DNA of 64,000 nt, from the NCBI RefSeq assembly GCF_002571385.2, contig NW_019217877.1, positions 1 through 64,000 of the forward strand. The letters run 5' to 3'. Origin of the DNA: Stylophora pistillata. Taxonomy: Eukaryota. The position numbers and the translations under genes are program-made. The notes beneath the pieces are model-generated. The model saw nothing but the letters and a program-made list of their open reading frames with translations. It made no database searches and had not been told where the DNA came from. Positions 25,201 to 38,196 of this stretch are shown one piece after another. Within the stretch, counting starts at the first letter, position 1. Each line of letters opens with the position of its first letter.

Positions 25201-26247
25201 TAAAAATATAAGATACACCCACAGTTATGTAAAAATGTATGAAGATAATAAAACGAGGTCTTTTTGAAAAGTTTTTTTTAAGTGGTTAATATGCTACTTC
25301 CGCCAATTGAGTGCATCGATCATCANNNNNNNNNNNNNNNNNNNNNNNNNNNNNNNNNNNNNNNNNNNNNNNNNNNNNNNNNNNNNNNNNNNNNNNNNNN
25401 NNNNNNNNNNNNNNNNNNNNNNNNNNNNNNNNNNNNNNNNNNNNNNNNNNNNNNNNNNNNNNNNNNNNNNNNNNNNNNNNNNNNNNNNNNNNNNNNNNNN
25501 NNNNNNNNNNNNNNNNNNNNNNNNNNNNNNNNNNNNNNNNNNNNNNNNNNNNNNNNNNNNNNNNNNNNNNNNNNNNNNNNNNNNNNNNNNNNNNNNNNNN
25601 NNNNNNNNNNNNNNNNNNNNNNNNNNNNNNNNNNNNNNNNNNNNNNNNNNNNNNNNNNNNNNNNNNNNNNNNNNNNNNNNNNNNNNNNNNNNNNNNNNNN
25701 NNNNNNNNNNNNNNNNNNNNNNNNNNNNNNNNNNNNNNNNNNNNNNNNNNNNNNNNNNNNNNNNNNNNNNNNNNNNNNNNNNNNNNNNNNNNNNNNNNNN
25801 NNNNNNGAGACCAGCTCGTTGAGACATAGTGAATTGCAAAACGTTGATAGACCTCACCATTAGCAAAGAGAATAAAAGTTTGACCAGACAAACCCAAAAT
25901 GCAATGCCGTTTACAAAGGAGCACTTATGATCACTTATATGTATGAGGAAAGACAAACATTGCGATGATGCTACGATCATTATTTGTAGTCCAATGTAAA
26001 CATGTTGCAACTCTGCGCAATTTAGGATGACTGACAACAGATAATTTGGAGACTAAAAAGTTTTTTTTTTAACATTTGCAAGGTTTCACTCAGTCCAAAT
26101 CGGGTTTTAAAGATGATTTCAAAAAGGCCATGTCAGGTTGCAGGATCAAAAATATTTGTTCCTGAAACATCTCAGTAATTGCGAGAGCTTCTCAAAAGAT
26201 AACTTCTGTTCAGATTAATTTAATATTCGTTTTTCCATCCGAAATTC

Positions 26248-26633
26248 TTGTTATAACATAACTAAAGCAAAGCGCGCGCTCTGATTGGTCAATTCAGCAT
26301 CTACTATTTACCCATGGGTGCATTCTGCTGACGTGAGCAAATGCTAAGACTATTTTTCCGCGCGCGCTTGTTTTTTCTGATCACGTAAGATTTGTTAAAT
26401 AAAAGGGAACTCTTGTTCCAATGTATCAATGTTATGTTATAAAACAAATGGTGAACGCCATAGCGTGTACTATTGAGTTAATAAATGCACTTGGGAGGTT
26501 TGCTAAGCACTCGAGAAGCTAGAGTCGCACTCGGCTAGCGCCTCGTGCGACTCGTACGCTTCTTTCGGGCCTAGCAACCTCCCGCGTGCATCCATAACTC
26601 AATAGTACACGCTATGGCGTTCGCCATTTGTTA
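26248..26633. mobile_element. Hairpin-headed non-autonomous element (opposite orientation)
   Basis: Palindrome ~26443-26633; tail bounded by TTATAACATAAC ... GTTATGTTATAA. Confidence 0.65.
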
Positions 26634-27036
26634 ATTGGCAATACCCTGTGAGTGCGATTAACATAACGGTGTGAGTAAAAATCGTTGAGAGTAAGGGGAT
26701 CCTTCTAGCGCGAAGAATAAGTGAAATGGTAAATTTGGATTAATTCTAAACTAGCCAAGTCCCGAAAATGATTCTAGAAAGCCTGTTGGGAAGATTAACC
26801 CTCAATACCGATTGAATTAATTTTATTTGTGAGTTCTGATCGAAGGTTATCGCAGTGAAAAGTAAAATCTCTCTTCTTATAATGTCTAGTATGAACCATT
26901 TCAAGGCACGCGCCACCTAACTGTGTAATTATTTTCCATGTTTGTCAGTTGGTCAGCTAAAGTCTGTTCTATTTATTTACTTTGCCTGAAAAAAATTCCA
27001 AATTAATGCTGAAATATCCTTTTGTTTGGTTTTCAG

Positions 27037-27114
27037 CAAACTTATAAAGAATTCATGAAGAGGGAGAATAAATCAGCTTTCACTGGTAAAGCTGTTCCTT
27101 ATTCGACTACATAA
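27037..27114 (+). CDS. Exon 2 of an additional subfamily B gene (B3) whose exon 1 probably lies in gap 25326-25806
   Basis: Acceptor context AATTAATGCTGAAAT...TTTCAG shared with B2; reads QTYKEFMKRENKSAFTGKAVPYSTT* (cf. KMYREFIKEKQRATISESVP); 25870-26020 matches the start of the B2 intron. Confidence 0.55.
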   Translation, partial: QTYKEFMKRENKSAFTGKAVPYSTT

Positions 27115-27857
27115 TTGCATGAATCACAGTGACTATAATATCAATTATCATATATGATTACTGCGTTAATCGTACATGTAATAGCATCACTCATTTTGAA
27201 TCGTTGTTATTTCAAATCGTCATGATATCAATAATGATATGACATTAATTCAACAATCATCAAATGAGAAGTGTAATGAGTCAAAAATATAATGTAACCC
27301 AAGAGTCATAACTAGAAATCTCGCCAAATCCGGTACTGATTAACTGTGTTACTTTTAAACAAAAGTTATAAGGTAAACTTTTAACTTCGGTATTGAAGTC
27401 TCACACCGTTTGTCATACAAGTAATTATTGCGGTACGTGAGTAAATGAAGTGTATGTATTGAGCTACAGTATGTTTGCGATAGAAATATGTGCCGGTTGG
27501 CCAATTAAAAAAAAGTCTTTTAAGCCGAACGCAATCATGACGCACATAATTAAGTTGATGTCAAGTGTCAAGTACGTTTTAGTTTTACAGGTTTCCCCTT
27601 TTTCGCTGAACTGTCATTTCCTATAGGATTGTATTCTATTGCACGGAAATTTTAGCAATCATCAGGAAAGTTGTGCGAGCAATAAGTGTCACGAGCATCA
27701 CTAGTAGTCAAGTTCTCTAATAAAGTTCCTCGAGCACACGTGTAGGGCAGCGTACATGCTGAAAGGATGATGAAAAGAGGGAAAAAATGATAATTTGATC
27801 GAAAGGGAACTTTTACCATCTATTTATACATAGTCATTTTCGTGAAACTTGTTTATC

Positions 27858-28006
27858 AGGCTCCGGTTGTTCAAAGGGTGGATAACGCTAACCAACGGAT
27901 AAATCTCTGTCCAGCGGATAAATGTTACCAAAATGTACTGCGCTATCCACCGGATTGAGACTTATCCAGTGTATAGCGTTATCCAGCCTTCGAACAACCG
28001 GGGCCA
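27858..28006. mobile_element. Palindromic MITE
   Basis: CCGGTTGTTCAAAGGGTGGATAACGCTA ... TAGCGTTATCCAGCCTTCGAACAACCGG. Confidence 0.7.
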
Positions 28007-28644
28007 GGTCTTGAAAAGGTGTCACAGACGAATACGTTGTTTTCACAAAACGCAAAATATAATTTTGAGAAACGCCTGCACCTAAAACCGCGATAAGTTT
28101 CTTGTTAGTTAGTCTCTTTCGGGCACCAAGTTTGTAACACGTCTTCGCCGTATTTCGCTCTATCCCAGTGACTAAGAGCCTCTGTGGTGCATCTACCTGT
28201 CGCCCCTCCTTTTCGTCTTGTGAGATGGTTCATGAAGGGTTACTTAAAATGTGCAGTGCAGTTATAAGAACTAGGAGAAAATTGTCATTTTCCACACTTT
28301 ATTGAATTACACTATTTCTCCATCACCACGTTTGACAAGCAATTGATCCTTTAACTATCAATAAAGATCTAAACATGTGCGAGTTGACAATCAGCTGTTA
28401 CAGAAAAAACATCAGAACGCTAACATGATCAAGACGCAACGTTGTTAACGTTTTTGCTTTGCCTTTACATTATTAGCCGCTCATCGAAGTTCGTAGTTTC
28501 TATTCTTTAAGTCTTAACATAACAATAAAATTCAAGATAATTTGGTTTTATCAAGTCAGTTGATAATGTAAATCGGCCACCGTAAGTTGAAGAGTTTCTA
28601 GGCTGACATTTCGAGCGTTAGCCCTTGGTCAGAGCGAAATAACA

Positions 28645-28770
28645 ATCAAATGAAAAATCAAAGGGAACTCAAACGGAAATCAAATAGAAATCAAATAGAA
28701 ACCAAATGGAGGGAAATCTAATGGAAATCAAATGAAAATCAAATGGAAATCAAACAGAAACGGAAATCAA
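28645..28770. repeat. Degenerate (AAATGGAAATC)n minisatellite
   Basis: Directly visible. Confidence 0.6.
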
Positions 28771-31002
28771 CTGGTCTACTTTTATTTCACAAATTGAAAA
28801 CAATCATTTTTCCGTTCGATTTTCTTCAAAGTTTCGGAGCACGAAAGAGTCCAGATTTGTTTTAGCGAAACCTAGTTCCGATATAAAGTTTTTGTGTAAA
28901 GCCGGTTGTCAACTTGCAGCATGAAAAAGAACTTATTACCGAAGAGAGCATCTATGAAACATTTAAACCATTCATTAATTAAAAAAAAAATGACATCATC
29001 AAGTTTTTTAGAAATTTGAGTACCAACTCCTAAATATATGTCCATAATGTTCGCTTAATAAGAGATATTATATATACAAGGCTAAAAAGATTAAGAAAAA
29101 TTATTCTTTATTTTTCTATAATTTTTCTTAATCTTTTTTGCCTTGTATATTTAATATCCTAATATATGCTTTCCTACTTAACAGTCTACGATAACAAACT
29201 CCTCCAAGGGGTAAGCATACTCCATCATTAATACATCACATAATTGCTAAACGGACATTACGTTCAAATCATTAAGAAGTTTTATATCTACCAATGATAA
29301 GAATGCAAAATTTATTTCTGTAAACCACTAGCGCTTATCTTAAAAAGAGTAACACTTGATCAGTATTTAATATACTAGCCTTAAGGAGACTTTTCTTTTT
29401 TTCTCACTAAAGACAATTTTCCTTTTTTTTTTTTTGTATTTTGAGGTCACTTGACCTTTTCCGAATTGTACCACTGAAACAGCGTAAGAATCCTAGTACA
29501 AATTCGTTGTGTAAGAGAAGTCAGCTCAAATGTCAAAATATGAGCCGCTATTGCAACACAAATGTGCTGCCATATTCATCTTCCACGGTGACAAATCCCC
29601 ACCAAAGACTGTCACTGTGCAATTAGTTATCATGCATGTCCATGTCCATATCGGTCCATGATCTATGGATCACGCAGGCATGAAATGTAATCAGTACGAG
29701 GTAAAACACACGCACTTGATTACAGAGGTTGCAATCCACGAAGTAGCTTTAGAAGTTACAACAACGGCAGCAACGTGTCCGAGATTTTAGCTCATCTTAA
29801 TGAGACACACATCTCTTGACGAAAGGAAGTAGGTGCACCCTTGGGAATGACCGTTTCCTTCTGCTTTACTTAAAGTACCTTTTCAGGTACGCGATGTGAC
29901 CATTTTCCCTACTGAAAATGTACTCAAACATCACGAACGTAATGGTCGATTTCTGTAACCGTGATTGCAGTCGACCATTGATTTAGTTTTAGAGGCATCT
30001 GCCTAAAATTGCCACCATTATCTTCTGGTAGGCATAAATGATGCACAATGCATACTAATTCCTAATATCACTCATGAATTCATATGAATGCATTAACAGT
30101 TTCGCACAAACTGTTACCTCATATTACTTAAGAATTCATTTGAGTGCATTAACATGTACAGTTGCTTGTTATCATATCAAGCTAACTGCACCTCTGANNN
30201 NNNNNNNNNNNNNNNNNNNNNNNNNNNNNNNNNNNNNNNNNNNNNNNNNNNNNNNNNNNNNNNNNNNNNNNNNNNNNNNNNNNNNNNNNNNNNNGGTCGA
30301 TTTCTGTAACCGTGATTGCAGTCGACCATTGATTTAGTTTTAGAGGCATCTGCCTAAAATTGCCACCATTATCTTCTGGTAGGCATAAATGATGCATAAT
30401 GCATACTAATTCCTAATATCACTCATGAATTCATATGAATGCATTAACAGTTTCGCACAAACTGTTACCTCATATTACTTAAGAATTCATTTGAGTGCAT
30501 TAACATGTACAGTTGCTTGTTATCATATCAAGCTAACTGCACCTCTGAATAAGAAAAGTTTTCTTTTCACTTTTCCGCCTGTCAGATATCTTAACTGACT
30601 TCTTCGTTTTATCGAGTGAGTCTCAAACAACTTATCAAATCATATAATTTTTGTGAAATCTGTTCTTCACCCCTTAACAACTAAGCGAATTAACTCTCTT
30701 CTTTTGACAAACTAGTTTCAGGCGCAGTGTAATTAAAAAATTCCCAAGTTACCCTTGATAAAACTATGTGAAATTCAACTACCCTATGAATTTTGTTGAA
30801 ACATTAAAAAAGGAAAAATTTAGATAAACAGTATCTTCTATCAATGAATTTGGTTTGTCTAAACTCAAATATTAAATTCTAAATTCTACTATTTTCCCCC
30901 CATTTTGCTTCTGACTTTGTTCAACTATTTTCTAAACTTTACCATTTATACTACTTAATCAACTTAAACAACCTACTAATCGGTTATGACGATCTACGTT
31001 GC

Positions 31003-32652
31003 TTAGTAACTGCGGAAAGTCTCCCTCATCTTGCCTATCAGGTTGGTCACTGATCTCAACTGCCACGGCTCAGGTGCTGGTTCAGGGAAAGGCTCGCTGA
31101 AGTGACCGCTATGGCGTTCTCCAACATATCGGCAGAAGTCTTTCTAAAATAAGACAATTGACAGCGAGTTATATTTCCCTTTCGTCTTGAGGAATTCATG
31201 AATTATAGTTTTAGCCCCGAGTTCAGTTCGCATTGCTCGAGTTTGACTTACTTTGTTGGGCGAACTCATAACGCCAACTGCTGAGCTTCCGGTCGCCTCG
31301 CGGCTAAAGATAACATAATATTGTTTCACTGTTGTTTCAGAAATTAAATTCTCACAAAAAATAAAACACGTTTAGGTGTTCCCACTTGGAACATGAGTGC
31401 CAGTTCTAGCGATCTGGACAACGTTAGGAAAACAGTAAAACAGTTAGATTAGAGTAGACAATAACAAATTACTCGCTATCATGATTTCATCAATCGCGCG
31501 ATCAAGTTAAAATTTTCTTACATCTTCATGAATCACTTTGTTACCTCATAGCTTCAAAGCGAATAAAAATCGGCGCAGGTAGGAAATCTCGCTTCTCGTC
31601 AACAAAGCAAAAAGAAATCCCAATGTTCGTTTAAGCCGGTTTCAAAACAGAAATCCATGTTACTCCCATTTTGCAAGGACGATTTGAAACGAACCTCGCG
31701 CAATTATAAACATCGCCTGATTGAATTCTCCCGCGAACGTTTAATGAAAAATAATCGATGAATAGTCTTTTTAGTTTTGTATGTTTTCTTTTTAGTTAGT
31801 GCTGCGAGATAAAAGACGTTAATTCCATCCAACAATACTACTTAAATATCTCCTCAAAACTCGGTTTAATTTCTTAAAAATTGTCATCAGCGGATTCAGT
31901 TCCGCTTTCGATTTCACTTGTACACCTACATTTTACTTGAATAATTCAATAACAAAGACAAAAACAGCGAATCACACTGAACATGAAATTCCACTCACCC
32001 AGCTACCAAAGTTGGCCACCTTAGGCAATAAATGGTCAGCTAGCTCGATGGCGACGTCCACTGCATACTTCCTTCGATTCTCTTGTTGGTTTTCAGCAAA
32101 CATAAGCGAGACAATTTCGGCTGCAATGGCGACCAGCAAGGCTAAGGTGTTCGGCTTCGTCACATCGGCATCAGGCAATGCTTTCCGGCAGATGAAGTCC
32201 AAAACATCGGAGGCTTTTTTTCGAGATTTAAGGAGGTACTTTATCAATCCTTGAGCTGAAACATCAACTCGATCTTGGTCAAGATCCACCATTTCCGCCA
32301 GATGAATTCCCACACTTTCGGTCGACGATTTCATAGACGGCTGGGAACCTTGCCTTTTTAAAGCGTAGACCACCAGTTCTCTTGTCAACTCAAATGCAGT
32401 CAGCTGAGTAACAAGTTCTTGCCTGTTTATTGCGTTGGCGAACTCCGTCAGGAAGTTGAGTTTCTCCCACGAAATCACTCTCTTGTCTTCCAAGGGATCA
32501 AAAATTTGAACGACAGCGGTGGAATTACTCGACAGGCTCTTCGGAATATGGTCTTTACAGAAAAATAGGAGTTCTTTTATCTCCCCTTCTGTCAGATCTT
32601 GAGCAATCTTGACAAGTACAGTTCTGTACCGAAGCTTTAGATCCTCTAACAT
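31003..32652 (-). CDS. DED + Bcl-2-like fusion protein A5, two exons (32652-31999, 31143-31003), 264 aa
   Basis: Exon 1 ends FGSW|GTGAGT; exon 2 after ATTTTAG reads KDFCRYVGERHSGHFSEPFPEPAPEPWQLRSVTNLIGKMRETFRSY*; BH4-like TRELVVYALKRQG. Confidence 0.88.
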
Positions 32653-32757
32653 AGGTAATAATAATGTAGACTTACAAAATTGATGAAGGTTTTCGTTTTG
32701 AAGGTCTCGCTCTGTGAAAGATGAATATGGCGGCCAAGAAAAATTTCAGGAGCACCC

Positions 32758-32800
32758 TATTTATATCCGAGAAACTGACGTAACAATGACGTCGTAGGCT
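32758..32800 (-). promoter_or_regulatory. A5 promoter: TATA + two CRE-like sites (CArG position replaced)
   Basis: TATAAATA 32758-32765 (minus strand); TGACGTAA 32776-32783; TGACGTCG 32787-32794. Confidence 0.6.
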
Positions 32801-35800
32801 TTCCCAGGTCTTCTCAACTTGTGTAAGGGTCGCTCTCAGGTCGGTCACTTAATTAAAATGACCACAATTTTTTTTTACTGAAACATAGATACTACATCTG
32901 AGGGAAAATCTTTTAATTGTTACAAGACAAGGTATCTGAGTAAACCTTGGATGTCTTAGGAATGAAGTCTGAAAGTGTAGAATTAAGACCTTTTTTGATT
33001 AAGAGAGAAAAACATCAGTGACTAAAAGATTCAATCAAGCCGGCTCATGTCATGATCATGTTTTTTTGGCTTAAAAGCTACGATTCTATAATTTCCTTCC
33101 ATCCTTTCATATTTTTTTAATGACATTTTTTATCATTCCAAGCAAGTGTTGAACTCAAATACCCGGGAATTCATAAAAAAGTCAACGAAAATTCAAGTAT
33201 AACTCATCGTGATAATATTAAGTAAAAATGTGATTATTAGAAAATAAGTGAGCTTATTTACCCACTGGGTAAGCTCACTTATTTACCCGCTGGGTAAGCT
33301 CCTTAGTACCTCGTGGCATGAGGTACTAAGGAGCTTACATAATAATAATAATAATAATAAAAAAAAGCGCTCGTGCTTTAATCAATGCATTGCTGCACCT
33401 GGTCGCTGCACTTGCTCGGTATTCTACTGCTGCCTAGGAACTCAAAGCTTTAACCTACAACATTTAAATAAACCTTTTTTATTGCTATTTACACTGGTTT
33501 CTTAAACATATTTACATGGTTGTGGGAGTATTGATGAATGCTTTCTATCTAGCTTAAACATATGTACAGATATCAACTGTGCTTTAAAAAAGAGAACAAA
33601 TGCACCTTTATGATTGCCGCAGGATAATACTGAATCTCGAAATTGCAATTTCTACTGAGTGTGCCTCCCTTATTGTATTAGTACTGCCTGCGTTGCATCT
33701 ATTACCTTTAATTCCCTACTAGGTTTGCTCTGTTCCTTTTTTTAGCTCTCAGACACATCATGGTTTTCATTTTGAGTAATTCCACTATAAAAATATGAAT
33801 GGATTCCTATAAATGCTCATTTAAAAATCTCAACAAGAGGTTTTTTTTTTTTTACATCCACGGCCAGTTTTATGGCCTGCATGAAGCAATGCTCGATGTC
33901 CTTTGGCTTTTTTAATTTAATTCGATACTCTTCAGTGATAGAACTCATAAATTCACAATAAAACTGATCAGTAGTCATCCCATAAGCCTGGCTGTCAAGA
34001 GACACAAGGCAATCTTAAATCAAGCAAAAAAAGTTACAGCCTTTTCTTATCCAGATTCTGAGAATCCATGGTCCTTTGGGCGTATCCAATATCTTTACCG
34101 AGATACTGCATGTTTCTCTGCGAACAGAAGTTCATTTCATATTTTATTTTATATTCTATTTTAATTTCTAGGAAGATTTTAAAAATCATGTCAAGGGAGT
34201 ACACTGTTTAGTTCAAGAAAATATGGATACCAATCGTAACTTGTCTTCGCAAGAGGTAGAAAAAGTGGTTCAACAGCTCAGAAAAGCCATATTTCTCTCG
34301 GGTAGGAAATCCAGAGGAAACTCCAGTGTCTTTCTCGGAGACTGATAATCATTCTTGAAAAGTAACAGCTTCTGTTAACAGTATTACAACTATTACTTTT
34401 ACAACATCATTATTGTTATTACTGTTACAACATTATGATTATTACTATTACAAAAGTATTTATTATTATTACTATTACAAGTACGATGTTATTGCTAAAA
34501 CAGTTATTTCATAATCATTTCTTCTACGATACTATAATCATTGCTTTTGCCACTTCAGTATCATTACTTCTACACTACACTATTACTACTACAATATAAC
34601 CACCTCTATTTTACTACTGACAATACCATCACTTCTTGATCTGTTGCCACTAAAACAGTATTACTGCCTTACTAATACAACGATTACTACTTCTATGATC
34701 ATGATACCTTCTACAATCAATTCAGCATGTTCAATCTACGTAGTAATTTTGATCTACTAGTACATGAAATACATATGTAACAACTATGTTATGTTTGAGC
34801 GATATGAGGCATTTATGAAGTAAAATAGCAGTGAGCAATCCGTTTTAACGTGATCTGAGGTTTTTTCCACCCATAAAAAGTCTTACACATGTGTGCATTG
34901 CCAACTTATTTACTTGCTTTAAATTACAATTAGATGAAGTTTGGCGAATGACTAGACTGACAAATTTTGCCGAGAGTCGTCATAAAAATATAGTATTGTT
35001 CAGCGCTTTAAAATAAAGAAAACGGATACGACCAAAACTGATTAGTGTCTTGTCATTCTCATTGTCGTCTTACTCAGTGTCTTGGTCGAAAGGTAAAGGG
35101 GGACGGAGAGGGAGAGTTAACGAAAAGAGAACTGAGTGGAATCTTTCAACCCCTCCCCAGTCCTCCTCGTTTTCCTTTGCAGCTCTCGCCTCCTATAATG
35201 CCCCCCTTCGGGTAATATTTCCACGATTCGTGAAGGAAAGTTGGTTTCTCCTCTCTTTGCGGAAAAAACGTAACAATTTGCGTTTTGCACAACATCCCTT
35301 AGCATCCAACAGTAACGAAGAAGTTGCTGATCACTGGCACGCTCTTTTTATATCTTAACTGCAGATCAATTGTAAGAATCTAATGCCAAAAACGGATTTG
35401 AAGCGGCAAGGAGAGCCTTCTCGCAGGCCAGACTGCTCTTGATCCTCACTTTCCATTTTTCTCAACGTTAAACCTCAATTCCCTATGGGCGTTTAAGCGG
35501 TCAGAATAAATCAAATAAAATGAGGTTTACGTACCCGCGGGCTGAGGGACAGCCAGGGCACCCCAGTCGCGGTTGCACTGGCAGATAAAACACGATGAAT
35601 CAGTATGTACCGTATTCATGAAAAGCCGTTTCGAGGAGCGGCCTGGATTTAACAGCATGGAAACAAGCTGGAAAAGTTTCGTTGCAGTCAACAATATGGA
35701 GAGGTCCTCGTTTTATCAATTCTCCACTTCAATTTATTCTTCTCTCTCGCGTGCGTTTGAGTGTATTTTATATTTTCACATTTTGTATAAAACACTACGA

Positions 35801-36112
35801 TATATCTAACTGCTAAAAAATCTAACAGTTCATCTGTCTTGGCCCTTTGTAGAAGCACGTAAAAAAGATGGAGAAGCTCAAGCGAAGTACACCAGAAAAA
35901 TGTATTTAGCATTCAATATTATTCTCTTTTACACCTTTGCGAGTGTATTTTACATTTTCACATTTTTCATATATTTTTCTTAAAAACAGTCAGATATTTG
36001 TTTCGGATGAAAATCTAACAGTTTGTATTACGTTCCACTTTTATGTAAGACGCTAATGTGACAAGCACGAGGAACGAAGTTTTCTCCAAAGAAGTAAATG
36101 TAGAACTTGAAA

Positions 36113-36252
36113 GTTGACTGCCTTTTAGTCTGGTTTCTCCCCGTTGATCTGTCCGGCTTGGTTGTACCTACTGGAGGCTGACATGCCTCCGCCGGCTGAG
36201 TTCTCAGGATCATAGAAACGCACAAGCCCCTCTACCACGGCAAGGTGGCAGT
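36113..36252 (-). repeat. RTE-5'-like dispersed repeat, copy 3
   Basis: Reverse complement of 1-140. Confidence 0.65.
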
Positions 36253-36345
36253 CCATAAGGGGAGGGGGGAAAGGGGTAGGGATGAGGGGTAAGGAGGGTT
36301 GAGGGGGGTAGCCTCCGTCTTAGAAAGCTTATCGGTTATGACGAT

Positions 36346-37976
36346 CTATATATTGAAGAAACGTTCCTTCATCTTGCCTACCAGGTCGGTCAACGCCAAC
36401 TGCCAGGAAAAGTCAGGTGCTGATTCAACGACAGGCTTGGAGAAGTGAACGCTATGACGTTCTTCAACATATAGGCAGAAGTTTTTCTAAAATGAGAAAA
36501 TGACAGCAATTTATGTTTCTCTTTTGCCTTGAAGAATTCATGAAGTATGGTTGTAGCCCCGAGTTCAGTTCGCATTGCTCGAGTTCGACCTACTTTGTTT
36601 GGCGACCTCGTAACGCCGACTGCTGGGCTTCCGGTCGCCTGGCGGCTAAAGATAACATCATATTGTTTCAATGTTGTTTCAGAGATTAAATTCTCACAAA
36701 AAATGAAATATGGTCAGGTGTTCCTACTTGGAACATGAGTGCCAGTTACGGACAACGTTAAGAAAACAGTAAAACAGTTAGATATCTCAGAGTATACGAT
36801 AACAAATTGCTCGCTATCATGATTTCATCAATCGAGCGAACAAGCCAAAATTCTCTTACGCTTTCATGAATCACTGGTCCCTCAAAACTTCAAAGCGAAT
36901 GAAAATCGGCGTAGATAAGAAGTCTCGCTTCTCGCCACGAAGCACAAAGAAATCCCAAATTTTTTTTAAGGCTTTCAAAACGGAAATCCGTGCGACTCCC
37001 GTTTTTTAAGGACGGTCTGAAACGACTCTCGCATAATTATAAACATTGCCCAGTGGAAATCGCCCGAACTATTAATGAAAAATAATCGATGAATAACGAT
37101 TTTGTATGTTTCTTTTTAGTTAGTGCTGCGAGATAGCAGACGTTCATTCCATCCAACCACATTAGTTAAATGTCTCCTCAAAACTCGGTTTGATTTCATA
37201 AAAGTTATTATTAGCGGATTCAGTTCCACTTTCGATTTCGCTTGTATGCCTACATGTTACTTAAATTATTTACTAACAAAGACAAAAACAGCGAATAACA
37301 CTGAACATGAAATTCCACTCACCCAGCCACCAACTTTGGCCACCTTAAAAAATAAGTAATTGGCCAGCTCGATGGCGACGTCCATCGCCAACTCCTTTCG
37401 ATTCTCTTGTTGGTTTTCATCAAGCACAAGCAAGACAATTTCGGCTGCAATGGCGACGAGAATGGCTACCGCGTTCGGCTTGGTCTCATCTGCACTAGGC
37501 AAAGCCCTACGAAAGACCATTTCCAAAACACGAACGACATTTTTTCGGGATTCAAGGAGGGACTCGATCAATCCTTGGGCTGGAAAATCAAGTCGATCTT
37601 GCAAAGTATCTAGCATTTCCGCCAGATGTAGTCCTACGCTTTCGGTCGATGATGTCATAGACGGCTGGGAACCTTGCCTTTTCAAGGCGTACATCACCAG
37701 TTCTCTGGTTATCTCAAAGGAAGTCAGCTGTTTGACGAGATCTTGCCTGTTTACTTCTCGGCTAAACTTCGTTACGAAGTTGAGATTCTCCCACGAAATT
37801 ACATCTGCGTCTTCCAAGCGATCAAAAATTTGAACGCCTGTGGGGTGAATACTCGACAAACGTTTCGGAATAGAGTCCTTAGAGTAAAATAAGAGTTCTT
37901 TTATCTCCTCTTCAGTGAGATTTTGAGAAAGTTTGACGAGTACGATTCGGTAACAAAGCTTTAGATCCTCTAACAT
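36346..37976 (-). CDS. DED + Bcl-2-like fusion protein A6, two exons (37976-37323, 36486-36346), 264 aa
   Basis: Splice gives a canonical BH2-like VGGW|KNFCLYV; exon 2 reads KNFCLYVEERHSVHFSKPVVESAPDFSWQLALTDLVGKMKERFFNI*. Confidence 0.88.
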
Positions 37977-38057
37977 TGGTAATAAAGATCTTGTTCTGGA
38001 GCTAGTTCTAGGTCTGTAAAAGATAAGTATGGTGGCTAAAAAATGACATTAGCACCC

Positions 38058-38097
38058 TATTTATTCAGAAACTGACGTAACAATGCCTTATTAGGCA
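38058..38097 (-). promoter_or_regulatory. A6 promoter: TATA-like + TGACGTAA + CArG CCTTATTAGG
   Basis: TGACGTAA 38073-38080; CCTTATTAGG 38086-38095. Confidence 0.6.
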
Positions 38098-38196
38098 CTC
38101 CTAGGTATTCTCTTCCTCTATAAAGCTCGTTCTCAGTTCCCCTCACTTAGTTCAAATAACTTTACAATATTGACTAAGACATGGATTTTACTCCTG

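Noticed and set aside
29944-30547. Direct repeat of ~250 bp on both sides of a gap
   Set aside because: Typical scaffolding overlap artefact
3411-37892. Plus-strand ORFs overlapping the A genes (3411, 6736, 21854, 31937, 37360 etc.)
   Set aside because: Antisense shadows of real coding exons
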